A DNA stretch of 63,190 nt, filler included, from Octopus bimaculoides (lineage: Eukaryota), in NCBI RefSeq assembly GCF_001194135.2. It is 8 parts of 7 records of this genome, joined end to end, with 100 filler letters (N's around TTAATTAATTAA, not from the genome) between each part and the next. Parts side by side here need not be neighbours in the genome. Positions count along the whole stretch, not along the records: positions 27,799 to 39,900 come from NC_068982.1; positions 40,001 to 52,340 come from NC_068990.1; 6 more parts are not named here. One strand, written 5' to 3'. Each line of letters starts with the position of its first letter. Position 1 is the stretch's first letter. The position numbers and the translations under genes are program-made. Of this stretch, positions 39,438-51,411 are shown in pieces. Below the pieces are notes generated by a model. That model made no database searches, was not told where the DNA came from, and saw only the letters and a program-made list of their open reading frames with translations.

Positions 39438-39736
39438 TGGATTTTACCTGCTCCACTCTCTCAATTTGGACATGTTTGTGTATGTCTATGTAATATATGT
39501 ACGTACGTATGTATGTATGCCATGAAGTAAGCAAATGAAGGAAAATAACACTAAAAATATTTAGTTGGCGTTGTAAGTAATTGATAACGGTTTGACTCAT
39601 CTCCACATTACTTAAGCTTTCGTGGAGGTAAAACACGTCATCAGATACTCGGAGTTAGAATTCGGTTCCGAACATTTGATGATGCGAACGTATTCTATGC
39701 CCTCGTAATTTTAAGCAATGTGAACCTAAGTCAAAC

Positions 39737-39777
<41 letters not shown>

Positions 39778-40000
39778 TATAGCGCATTAATTGTCCACGT
39801 TAGTGGTCGACGTTATTTTTTAAAATGTACCTTAATCCCCTGAGATTGCAGATAATATTTCTGAATCTCTTTGATTCTTTAGTTGTGCTGGCCTCCTGAT
39901 NNNNNNNNNNNNNNNNNNNNNNNNNNNNNNNNNNNNNNNNNNNNTTAATTAATTAANNNNNNNNNNNNNNNNNNNNNNNNNNNNNNNNNNNNNNNNNNNN

Positions 40001-40050
<50 letters not shown>

Positions 40051-40082
40051 TGTGTTTGTCCCCCCAACATCGCTTGACACCT

Positions 40083-41173
40083 AAGCCTTGGAACTGTCCA
40101 AATTTCTAAGAGGACATATTGTGGGTCAATCTGAAGGCGGACTTGGTCACCATAAAATCGCAGAAAACTTTGGGATCCCACTTTCTCCAGTTAACAGAGT
40201 GACTGTGCAATTCACCAGAGAGAGGAAGGAGTCCACATCACCTTGCCCAGGTCAACCAGGGCTCTCTGACAGGACACTCCGCTTTGTTAAGAGAAGTGTG
40301 GAGGATAGTACTCGTTGCACGGTCTCTGACATAACAGAACAAATTGATGTCAGTTCCAGAACAGCTGACACGTACCTCCACAAACTTGGCTACTATAGCA
40401 GAGCAGTAAGAAGGAAGCCACTTCTTCGACCAACCAATATCAAACGGAGAAAAGATTGGACCAGTGAGATAGTGGAAAAGCCACTAGCATTTTGTGACTG
40501 TCATATTCTCAATGAGTCCAGATTTGCTGTACTTTCTGACAGTGGTCAAATGTGGGTCCGGAGACTCTGTGATCAAGAATTTGACGTGAAAAGATTGCAA
40601 CCAACAATGAAACACGGCAGTTATTCTGTGGTGGTCTGGGGAGCAATTTGGAGCAATGGTTAAACAGATCTGGTGGAGTGTGAGGGAAACATAAACTCAG
40701 ATAAATATGTGTCCATATTGCCGAAAGGACTCCTTCCAATCTTCTCCAGACTCTTCATTTATGGAAGACGGGGCTCTTTTTCACACGGCTAAAAAGGCCA
40801 AAGACTGGTTGGAAGAAAATGGCATTTAAAAGCTTCTATGGCCAAGCCAGTCACCAGATATGAACCCTATTGAACACCTCTGGGGCATAATGGACAGGAC
40901 ACTTCATAAAAAAAAAACAAGAAAGCATCCTCTAAGTCAGATCTCTTGAGATTACTGCATGAAACTTGGCAAGAAATTCCTCGAGAGAATATTCCTCATC
41001 TGATCAGTGGCATATCTAATAGGGTCCTTGCATTGGAAAAATGACAAGGGCGTGTCTACTGAATATTAGATATTCATGTTATAATAATGAATGAATAATT
41101 TTAATGTATAATTTCAGGTTTAAATAAATTTTAATGAGTATAAGGGTGTCTATTTACTTCTGTCATATCTGTG
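40083..41173 (+). mobile_element. Tc1-family (DD34E) transposon, 5'-truncated, right TIR present
   Basis: [50 protein letters not shown]. Ends gggtgtctatttacttctgtcatatctgtg+TA. Confidence 0.9.
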
Positions 41174-41299
41174 TACATACATGTATATATAAATGCAAAC
41201 ACATACATATAAGTTTTATCTATATGTGGCCTCATTCAGGCCCACTTCCGCATCGCGTTTATAATGATGACTCTAATTAAAGGAAATTGTTCCAGGCAA

Positions 41300-41990
41300 T
41301 ATGCTTGACCAAAAAACCCACTATGTGTCCTAACCCTGCAACTGCACCTTTGTCTCTTCTAGAAAGTGCACATACCGCAACAACCAGCTGCATCGCTTAT
41401 CAACAAAGCTGCTACTAATCTACAACCAAAAATTAAGCCTCTTTACTGACTAATTTTAAACTAGTACTTGCTAATATTGCCCTATAAATTTTAATCTACA
41501 TATACCAATAGCCCATTGGGAGTTTTTTCGGTGGGGTTTGCATGGGAACTGAGCTGTGCTTTTGCTGCCACCACCGAGATTAATAGCAAGTCATGATCAG
41601 TAACTACCTTCCATAAGCTTTTATTGATAATACCTTACTTCAACGATCTTCATTAATACTGCCATAAACTTTACCGACATTCTTAATAGTTGAAAGTCTA
41701 ATCAAAAACAAGAGAAACTAAGTCAGCACACTATTGAAGATTGCTTTGAACTCTGCAGCAGTCACCTACCGCTGAGTACATTATCAATCAATAGCAGTCT
41801 CGCCGAATAACACTCAGCAGTCAGTATCAGCTCAAGTCAAGGGTACCACCACGCAACCTGAACTGGCCAAAGACAACGAGCCATCCAGTGATAATCAGCC
41901 GTCTCTAGAAGCCCTAAAAACCTTGTCATCCAGAAAGAAACATCACTCTTGAGAAACTTGGTGAAGTGATTCTGAATCAAACTGTAAATA
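41300..41990 (+). mobile_element. Probable Penelope-like reverse transcriptase remnant, highly decayed
   Basis: SFY**YLTSTIFINTAINFTDIL..HTIEDCFELC resembles the SFDV.SL.TNI...A...IL / I..L..LC stretch of PLE RTs. Weak, by eye. Confidence 0.4.
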
Positions 41991-44112
41991 CATACATACA
42001 CATGAATATATACAAGAATGTGTATGTATACATACGTATGTATATGTATGTTTGTGTATGTTTATGTGTATGTACGTATGTATGTAAATATGCATGTATA
42101 TGAGTATGAATTATGTATGGTTATATATTTGTGTGGCGGGGGTGAATGTACATACATTCAAAGATACGGCAACTAATACTGGTGTTATTTCAATTGGTTT
42201 GAAAACAGGATTCTTCGAAACGGTAAAAAGACAACTGGCAGCAGGAGCTGTAGCAATAACAACAGAAATAACACCCAGGAAGAATAGTAATGACAACAAC
42301 AACGAAGTATATGGCACATGGAAAACATCACAGATATTAACACGGTACATTGTTGTTAGAAGTAAAACATACGCAGGAAGACAACACACGTGCACACGCA
42401 TATATATACACACATATACACACACATACACACAGGCACATACACGCACACTCACGGGTATACACGCACACATACACACACATGCATACATACACATACA
42501 CACACATACACACACATACATACACGCACGCACGCACACATAAACATAGATACACACATACACACTTGATGAACTGGAAACAGAAAAACTTATCAAAATG
42601 GCGATTTGTTTAAACTTTGAAGCCAAGCTGACTGCTTTCTTTCTACCAACAGGATTTCTAATGAAAGTCGATTCAGTTCACTCATTAAAGCTTCAATACA
42701 CCACCAGTCCATTCTGGTGCTATCCGGGACAAATATTCTTTGATACACTTAGAACGTGTTTGCTTCTTCTCTCAATCAATCTTTCTTATTTTTCCGTTGT
42801 ATTTTATGTATTTTCCTTCTTAGTTTTGTGTATTTTTTTCACTTGTTTTTCTTCATTTCATCTCTTCAGATACTAACATATACATACACGTGCACATAAA
42901 CATAGAAAAATGCACATACACACTGGTGCGTGCGCGAATGTGCTCTACCTTTGTCAAATCCACTATTGTTAGTAGGATGGAAGCCGATAATGTTTAATTA
43001 ATTCCCGCCTATTTCCGTAATCGTCTAGTGAAATGTTATGTGGAGAGAGCCAGAATAAACAATATCCGTTCAAACGTTACAATTGTAATTTAAAAAAAAA
43101 GATTTTCTCGACAGAAACACCAAAAATGTAAATCACTAACTTTATGATGATGATGACGACGACGGCAACGACGTTAATGATCNNNNNNNNNNNNNNNNNN
43201 NNNNNNNNNNNNNNNNNNNNNNNNNNNNNNNNNNNNNNNNNNNNNNNNNNNNNNNNNNNNNNNNNNNNNNNNNNNNNNNNNNNNNNNNNNNNNNNNNNNN
43301 NNNNNNNNNNNNNNNNNNNNNNNNNNNNNNNNGAGGAGGAGGAGGATAATGATATGGTCGTGATCACGATCATGGGTGGATGGGTGGAGGGAGGGATGGA
43401 TATGATTGTTTGCTGTATGCTCATGTTGATGATGGTAATGGAGACTTGAGAATGAAGTTGGACAGCTCAATAGAGACCTTGGGAAGATAAATGCAATAAT
43501 TAAAAAGAAAATAATAAAGAAAATATTAAAAAAACGAGATTCGAACAAAATACTACAATAGACACAAATAAGTAACAAGTATCTAAAGAAGAGATAAAGC
43601 CCAAAAAAATTGATATCATTTTCACAAAAAAGAAAGATAGATTCCAACAAAAAACAAACTATTGTCAGCAGAACAGACTCTCCAGAAACAATGAAAGAAA
43701 TTTTACCAACAACTGAACAATGAGAAAGAACATCAGGAGAATTATGTAGCAAATACTAAAGGAGCAAAGAACATTTGGCTCGAAATGAGGAGCAAAGGGG
43801 TTCAACATGGTGAGGAAACGAAATGGTTATGGAAATTTAAAAGTGAAAAAAGAATATAGGTCAAAAGAGATAAAGTGAAAAATGCTTCAGATGTATACTA
43901 AACAGGAAAGCTCTTAGACCAGATTGTGTTCAGGGATTCTGGCTTAAAATTTCACAAGCAAACACAGCTATGTACAGCTTTTCTTACTGCTTGTATAGAA
44001 AATAGAAAAATGGAACATCAGCGTTGATAACGAAAGGAAAGACAATGCTAATACAGAAGGACAAAGAAAAGGAAGGGGAATCTAATTATTGACCTACTAT
44101 ATTCTGGCCATT

Positions 44113-44365
44113 GTGAAGGCGCGTGGCTTAGTGGTTAGGGTGTCAGCATCATGATCGTAAGATTGTGGTTTCGATTCCTGGACCGGGCAACGCGTTGTGT
44201 TCTTGAGCAAAGCACTTCATTTCGCGTTGCTCCTGTCCACTCAGCTGGCAAAAACGAGTAACGCTGCGATGGACTGGCGTCCCGTCCAGCTGGGGAACAC
44301 ATACGCCATTGAAACTGGAAAACCGGGCCCATGAGCCTGGCTAGGCTTTAAAAGGGCAAAAAAAA
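44113..44365 (+). mobile_element. Full-length tRNA-derived SINE with 12-bp TSD
   Basis: A box TGGCTTAGTGG, B box GTTTCGATTCC, central gcgatggactggcgtcccgtccag domain, A tail; TSD attctggccatt at 44101-44112 and 44366-44377. Confidence 0.92.
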
Positions 44366-44555
44366 ATTCTGGCCATTACTCTGGAAATTATTGCCTGAGC
44401 TCGTAGCAGATGAAATATATTGTTTCCTGGAGATGGAGACTCTATTACCAGAGAAGCAAAAAAGATGCAGAAGTCAAGGGGAAGTGATGATATCATTTAT
44501 ATCGATAGCAGATATTAAGTGAGGTACGAATAGGTAGAACTTCACTATTGGTTGG

Positions 44556-44954
44556 CCACTTGTTGTTGTTTGTTGTTGGCACTCCGTCGCTTACGACGCC
44601 GAGGGTTCCAGTTGATCAGATCAATGGAATAGCCTGCTCGTGAAATTAACGTGCAAGTGGCTGAGCACTCCACAGACACGTGTACCCTTAACGTAGTTCT
44701 CGGGGATATTCAGCGTGACACAGTGTGACAAGGCTGGCCCTTTGAATTACAGGCACAACAGAAACAGGAAGAAAGAGTGAGAGAAAGTTGCAGTGAAAGA
44801 GTACAGCAGGGTTCGCCACCATCCCCTGCCGGAGCCTCGTGGAGCTTTAGGTGTTTTCGCTCAATAAACACTCACAACGCCCGGTCTGGGAATCGAAACT
44901 GCGATCCTATGACCGCGAGTCCACTGCCCTAACCACTGGGCCATTGCGCCTCCA
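44556..44954 (-). mobile_element. Full-length tRNA-derived SINE (same family as 23204) with 8-bp TSD
   Basis: Near-identical to 23204-23588; TSD ttggttgg at 44548-44555 and 44955-44962. A partial third copy lies at about 57925-58090(+). Confidence 0.92.
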
Positions 44955-45148
44955 TTGGTTGGTAGACGACAAGAAATCATACGACAATATACCGTACTGT
45001 TGACTCTTAGACTGCTTGAGGACGCTTGTGGTCAATAAGAAGACCAATATCGTTTTCTCTTTTTTTGTTTTGTTTTTTTAGGAAAAGTAATGAGATTATG
45101 AGAAGTTGTGTGCGATAAAGTGTTATGTAGTGTAGCGAGTGTGATGTA

Positions 45149-45376
45149 TTGGGCTGTCCGGAAAGTTCGTACCGATTTTTAAAGGAAAGAAAAAGGTCAA
45201 TAAATACTTGTCATTACATTTTTAATCAACCAAATATGAACCATTGTGTTGTACAATGCGTCTCCATCTTCCCTTTAACTTGAAAATACCCTCTTCCCAG
45301 AATTGAGGTTGTTTCATGGCAAATAAGTCGAAAGGTAAGCTACTATAAATAGTGACGAACTTTCCGGACAACCCAA
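45149..45376 (-). mobile_element. Internally deleted mariner (MITE)
   Basis: TIRs ttgggctgtccggaaagttcgt / acgaactttccggacaacccaa, TA on both sides. The interior encodes a mariner C-terminus on the minus strand (FWEEGIFKLKGRWRRIVQHNGSY). Confidence 0.9.
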
Positions 45377-46020
45377 TAGTATAACGCAATATGGTGTAAT
45401 TGTGGTGTAATGTGGCATATCATAGAGTTTTGTAATGAAGTGTTGTAGAATTTCGTGTAATATTGTATAGTTCTGTGTAGTGAAGTGCAAAGTAGCGTTG
45501 TTTATTACGCTGTGGGAACGGATGATAGAATGTGAGATAAAGTTGTGGGATTTTATAGGGCAATGTGCTATAATGTAGAGCAGGTATGTTTAGAATAGTG
45601 TTGTCTAGATGTGTACAATGCGGTGTGTGTAAATGTGTGTGTGTGTGTGTGTGGTGAAGAATGTGCTCTTCGTGTTTTTTGGGGATTTTTCTTGCTGTTT
45701 AGTCCAATATCAAGCCTGAACNNNNNNNNNNNNNNNNNNNNNNNNNNNNNNNNNNNNNNNNNNNNNNNNNNNNNNNNNNNNNNNNNNNNNNNNNNNNNNN
45801 NNNNNNNNNNNNNNNNNNNNNNNNNNNNNNNNNNNNNNNNNNNNNNNNNNNNNNNNNNNNNNNNNNNNNNNNNNNNNNNNNNNNNNNNNNNNNNNNNNNN
45901 NNNNNNNNNNNNNNNNNNNNNNNNNNNNNNNNNNNNNNNNNNNNNNNNNNNNNNNNNNNNNNNNNNNNNNNNNNNNNNNNNNNNNNNNNNNNNNNNNNNN
46001 NNNNNNNNNNNNNNNNNNNN

Positions 46021-46057
<37 letters not shown>

Positions 46058-48114
46058 GTATGTATGTATATGTATATATGTCCTTGATTTTCAACCGATG
46101 GACTACTTTATGATACCTCATTTCTTGATTTTATTTTACTTTTTTCAATATCGACTTTTATATTATATTATATTATTATATTATATATTTGAAATTTTTA
46201 TTCCTTGTATTCGTATTAATTTTTATTCGTATTAATTTTAACTTCTATGAAATGATATTTACATGTATTGTATTATACCTTTAACTCAATTTTTTTCAGT
46301 TCCATGTTATCGGTTGAAACAATATATTCGTGTATAAAAATTTTATACTATATGCTATATTTTTTATTCATTATTTCTTCTTGCGTTATTTTTCTTGCGT
46401 TAATTCTTCCTATTCCTTATGTTTGACGGATTATGCTGTATTTCTTATATATGTTCATTGAGGGGGGGGGGGTGATATGTTGAGTCGTTAACCCAGTCTT
46501 TTTATTCTATAACTAATATTTTTACTCTTGTCTCAATTTTTCTGAGCACTTCTCCTTGCAGCCCTGTATAAAATCTATTGGTTTCCTAATAAAAAAAAAA
46601 CATTAATATTATATATATATATTACCCTCATTTAAGACGACTTGTGATTGGAGGAGAGATTTGGTTGCTATTTCTAGCTTTCAGAGGTCCCCCCCATTGA
46701 CTTGCTGTTATTACTGTGATGTTGCTGTTGCTTCACCTGGTATTTGCATTTTTGGTATAAATACTACAATGCGCTTTTATTGTTGTTATTGTCGATATAG
46801 CTTTGTTGTTGTTATTGTTGTTGTTGTTCATGATGATGATGATGATGACGTAGTAGTAGTAGTAGTAGCAACAGCAGTTGCGATGCTGGTGGCGAGGATG
46901 GAATAGCAACGGTGGTGGTTGTGTTTATAGCAAATATTACTGGTGGTGATGATAGTCGTGATGGTGTTGATGGTGATGTTGATGGTGATGGTCATGGCTA
47001 TAGTGTTTGTCATTGCTATTGTATTTGTAGATGTCGTTGTTGTAGTGGTGGNNNNNNNNNNNNNNNNNNNNNNNNNNNNNNNNNNNNNNNNNNNNNNNNN
47101 NNNNNNNNNNNNNNNNNNNNNNNNNNNNNNNNNNNNNNNNNNNNNNNNNNNNNNNNNNNNNNNNNNNNNNNNNNNNNNNNNNNNNNNNNNNNNNNNNNNN
47201 NNNNNNNNNNNNNNNNNNNNNNNNNNNNNNNNNNNNNNNNNNNNNNNNNNNNNNNNNNNNNNNNNNNNNNNNNNNNNNNNNNNNNNNNNNNNNNNNNNNN
47301 NNNNNNNNNNNNNNNNNNNNNNNNNNNNNNNNNNNNNNNNNNNNNNNNNNNNNNNNNNNNNNNNNNNNNNNNNNNNNNNNNNNNNNNNNNNNNNNNNNNN
47401 NNNNNNNNNNNNNNNNNNNNNNNNNNNNNNNNNNNNNNNNNNNNNNNNNNNNNNNNNNNNNNNNNNNNNNNNNNNNNNNNNNNNNNNNNNNNNNNNNNNN
47501 NNNNNNNNNNNNNNNNNNNNNNNNNNNNNNNNNNNNNNNNNNNNNNNNNNNNNNNNNNNNNNNNNNNNNNNNNNNNNNNNNNNNNNNNNNNNNNNNNNNN
47601 NNNNNNNNNNNNNNNNNNNNNNNNNNNNNNNNNNNNNNNNNNNNNNNNNNNNNNNNNNNNNNNNNNNNNNNNNNNNNNNNNNNNNNNNNNNNNNNNNNNN
47701 NNNNNNNNNNNNNNNNNNNNNNNNNNNNNNGGGAGGACTGTAAGATATAAAAAAAGGACAGAGTAAAACGGAGAGACAAAGAATGGGCGATGAGTGAGAG
47801 AGAGGGCAAGGAGAGAGAGAGGAGCGATTATGTAGCAGAAAGAGACTGACGAGCGAAAGACAGAAACGTTGAGAGGCAAAAAAGGGTGAGATGGAAAGAG
47901 AACTAAATAGAGAGAGAGAAAGAGAGGAGTGAGTGAGAAATACTGAAAGAGAGAGATGAAAGTCGAGGAAGGAATACTAAATGAACATCAATGGGAAAAA
48001 GTTACATATAAGAGAAAGAATGAATGAATGAATGAAACGAAAGATATAAAAGAAGGAATACAGAAAGAAGTGAAGAAAGAAAATTAATGAATGAAATAGC
48101 AAAATTTGTGTCCA

Positions 48115-48179
<65 letters not shown>

Positions 48180-48331
48180 NNNNNNNNNNNNNNNNNNNNN
48201 NNNNNNNNAGAGAGAGAGAGAGAGAGGGAGAGAGGGAGAGAGAGAGAGAGACACACACACACACATACATATAGACACGTCCTGTTGTGATGGTGGTGTT
48301 CGTGGTGGTGATAGTGGCGATTCTGGTTTTG

Positions 48332-48363
<32 letters not shown>

Positions 48364-49349
48364 GGTGGTGCCGTGGTGGTATTGGTGACCTGGTGTTGAG
48401 GTGGTGGGCCAGTAGAACCATCATTGGCGGCTTGGCGAGATCATGTTGATGGTGGCGTCCTGGTGATGTTATAGTTATGGTGATGGTAGCGGTAATGGTG
48501 GTCTGGTGGAATTGTAGAACATAGAGACAACCTAAATTTCGTGTAATATAACTCCTACGCAATCGTTCGACATACTGAAAATAGCAGCCAAATGCTTGTG
48601 TAACACATTACCGTTTCATTAAATAGGAAGGATGTATTGAATATAAACCTAGAAACAGTGTGAATGAGAAATACAAGACGGGACGGTTACGGCTGGAACG
48701 TCCTTGGGCAAAAGCTTCCTCTATCAAGGCTGATCTAAGTTTTAAAAATAACAACACTTATATAAAATATTGAGGTTCTTACAGCTGGAAATGGTGCTAG
48801 TTCAACGTTTACCCCCATTATTTAGCTAGCTCTCTTTATAATTGATTTTCAATTATCGATTATAACCATCTCACAAGGCATTTGTTATAGCCAAAGATGG
48901 AGAGGTCTTCTATCATCCACATTGGAACCCCGATTTCAGGTCTTCGATTGCTGCTATGTTTCCCTAGATGATCAATGTAGATTAAAAGATAAGCTACTGA
49001 CCAGCCACGTTCATAGTCCGGTTTCCGTTCCCGAAAGAAACTGAGTTTTGCGAGGACAACGGAACAACTGGACAGTGAGATGTCCCTGACTTCGTATTCT
49101 CTCACATCTACTAGGGATGATATCGTAACCGACAAGGTGAGCTTTAGAGCGGGTTTGACAAGTTTACGGGTACTGCGCCACTTTTTTTGATTAACGTACA
49201 TTTAACATGATAGGTAAATACTTCGACGCAAAATAATCATCACAGATTGTTGTTGTTGTTGCTATTACTGCTGCTTCTGCTGCCACTACTGCCGTTGCTG
49301 AAATCTCCTCAGCCTTGATCGAGCAGATCGATGGTGAAAAATCCTTCCA

Positions 49350-50570
49350 ACTGTGGCCTTCCCAGCATTGTGTGTATATAAGGTTTGAATTGTAGGCAAT
49401 TTGACTACTATTTCTACCAGAGCGAACAACCATGTTTGAAGCTCCCTCATTAGCTCTCTCTTTAGAGTTCTCACATGTGGTCACTACAAGAACTTCATGA
49501 GATACATGCTCAAACTCGCAATCTGCTCAGTGTTACACGAAACTTCAACATCAACGGAGATGTAGACAGATGGTGATCTTGGTCTTAAATCTGTATTCAT
49601 GTCATAATGAAGCACGTACTGTGACATTGAAACAATATCTGCAGCAAAAGAAAGAGACTAGTAAACTATCTTGCCCAAGTTTGCGACTATGAAATCAATA
49701 ACATAATTAGGATAGCGAATGATCTTGAGAAGAGGTATGAAATAAGAGCTGATACAGATCTCTTCCCACGGATCATTGATAAAATCTACCAGAAGAACAA
49801 AATAAAGAAAAATGGACCAGTTCACTGAGAAGATAGTACATGAGTACCTGGCACAAATAACACGAACTATAGAAGGGACTGATCATGTCAAAAGCTTGGC
49901 AGGGAGTACCAACAGGTTTATGACATGTCACTTTGAAGGCAACCTCCATGAAATTCAAGAACAAGAGATCCTCACCAAATGCCTACAGCATAAGAGGCAG
50001 AAAACTTTGAGAGACAACAAATGTAGGCTGTGAAAGACCAAGACTGAAGACATCAACCGCATTATTGCCAACTATGAGAGAATGCCTTCCAGATATTATC
50101 GCCCCATGAGGCATGATGCAGTGGCCAGAACGGTCTGGAACAGAATAACAAAAAGGAAAACACCCACCAATAAAATTGACTATATTGAAGCCGATGGGTT
50201 AAAAGAATACTGGTGGAACATAAAAATTTAAACAATCACTAAGTTAAAACACACCCGGCCAGATATCGTGTGGGATCACAAGCAGAAGATATGTTCTCTT
50301 GTAGAAACCAGCTGCCTTGTAGCAGAGAGAACGATGACATCATTAGAGCATAAATAAGGAGTTTACAAGTTCAGTATCCAAGATACACTTTCAGCTTCAT
50401 ATCTATTATTAGTGGAGCAACAAAATACACACCAAACTGCTTGGAGCAATGTATAGCTGAACTTGGGTTCATGTAGAAAGAACGTAAATCTCTAATTCAT
50501 ACACGACCAATGATCAGTATATCTGGGAATATAAAAACCTGCGAGACTTTCGTAAGATTTAAAGCATGAT
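49350..50570 (+). mobile_element. R4/Dong-type RLE LINE 3' fragment, decayed
   Basis: QELHEIHAQTRNLLSVTRNFNINGDVDR, QEQEILTK, MRHDAVARTVW and KLKHTRPDIVWD. Confidence 0.75.
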
Positions 50571-51411
50571 GTAAAAAACAAGATACTTTCCTTCACAACT
50601 TTGTTATCTAGTAGGCAGCCGGTAAAAATTTACTCTAAATTTAAAAAAGAAAGAGAACAACATACGTACATGTATGTATGTATGTATGTATGTATGTATG
50701 TATGTATGTATGTATGCACGTGTGTGTGTATATATATGTACATATATATATATATATANNNNNNNNNNNNNNNNNNNNNNNNNNNNNNNNNNNNNNNNNN
50801 NNNNNNNNNNNNNNNNNNNNNNNNNNNNNNNNNNNNNNNNNNNNNNNNNNNNNNNNNNNNNNNNNNNNNNNNNNNNNNNNNNNNNNNNNNNNNNNNNNNN
50901 NNNNNNNNNNNNNNNNNNNNNNNNNNNNNNNNNNNNNNNNNNNNNNNNNNNNNNNNNNNNNNNNNNNNNNNNNNNNNNNNNNNNNNNNNNNNNNNNNNNN
51001 NNNNNNNNNNNNNNNNNNNNNNNNNNNNNNNNNNNNNNNNNNNNNNNNNNNNNNNNNNNNNNNNNNNNNNNNNNNNNNNNNNNNNNNNNNNNNNNNNNNN
51101 NNNNNNNNNNNNNNNNNNNNNNNNNNNNNNNNNNNNNNNNNNNNNNNNNNNNNNNNNNNNNNNNNNNNNNNNNNNNNNNNNNNNNNNNNNNNNNNNNNNN
51201 NNNNNNNNNNNNNNNNNNNNNNNNNNNNNNNNNNNNNNNNNNNNNNNNNNNNNNNNNNNNNNNNNNNNNNNNNNNNNNNNNNNNNNNNNNNNNNNNNNNN
51301 NNNNNNNNNNNNNNNNNNNNNNNNNNNNNNNNNNNNNNNNNNNNNNNNNNNNNNNNNNNNNNNNNNNNNNTATGTATGTATGTATGTATGTATGTATGTA
51401 TGTATATACAC

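Larger units (their letters stand above)
39106..39470. repeat. 365-bp fold-back hairpin (arms about 172 bp, loop 39278-39298)
   Basis: The left arm tccaaactgagtgagtggagcagg...caagttaactc aligns end to end with the reverse complement of the right arm; about 80-85% identity by manual alignment. Confidence 0.92.
43450..45060 (+). mobile_element. R4/Dong-type LINE RT N-terminal fragment split by two SINEs
   Basis: QQNRL..N..KFYQQLN, WKA..PD.VQGFWLK, VADEIY.FLE..TLLPEKQKRCR and DDKKSYDNIP (DYKKAYD.VP-like) are collinear once the SINEs are removed. Confidence 0.75.

Noticed and set aside
48002-48562. His/Gln/Thr-rich minus-strand ORF
   Set aside because: Built from drifting (CAC/CAA/CAT)n repeats and runs into a gap and microsatellites.
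49017-49136. 120-nt plus-strand frame ending in AAG|GTGAGC
   Set aside because: Weak acceptor, unrecognisable peptide and no partner exons.
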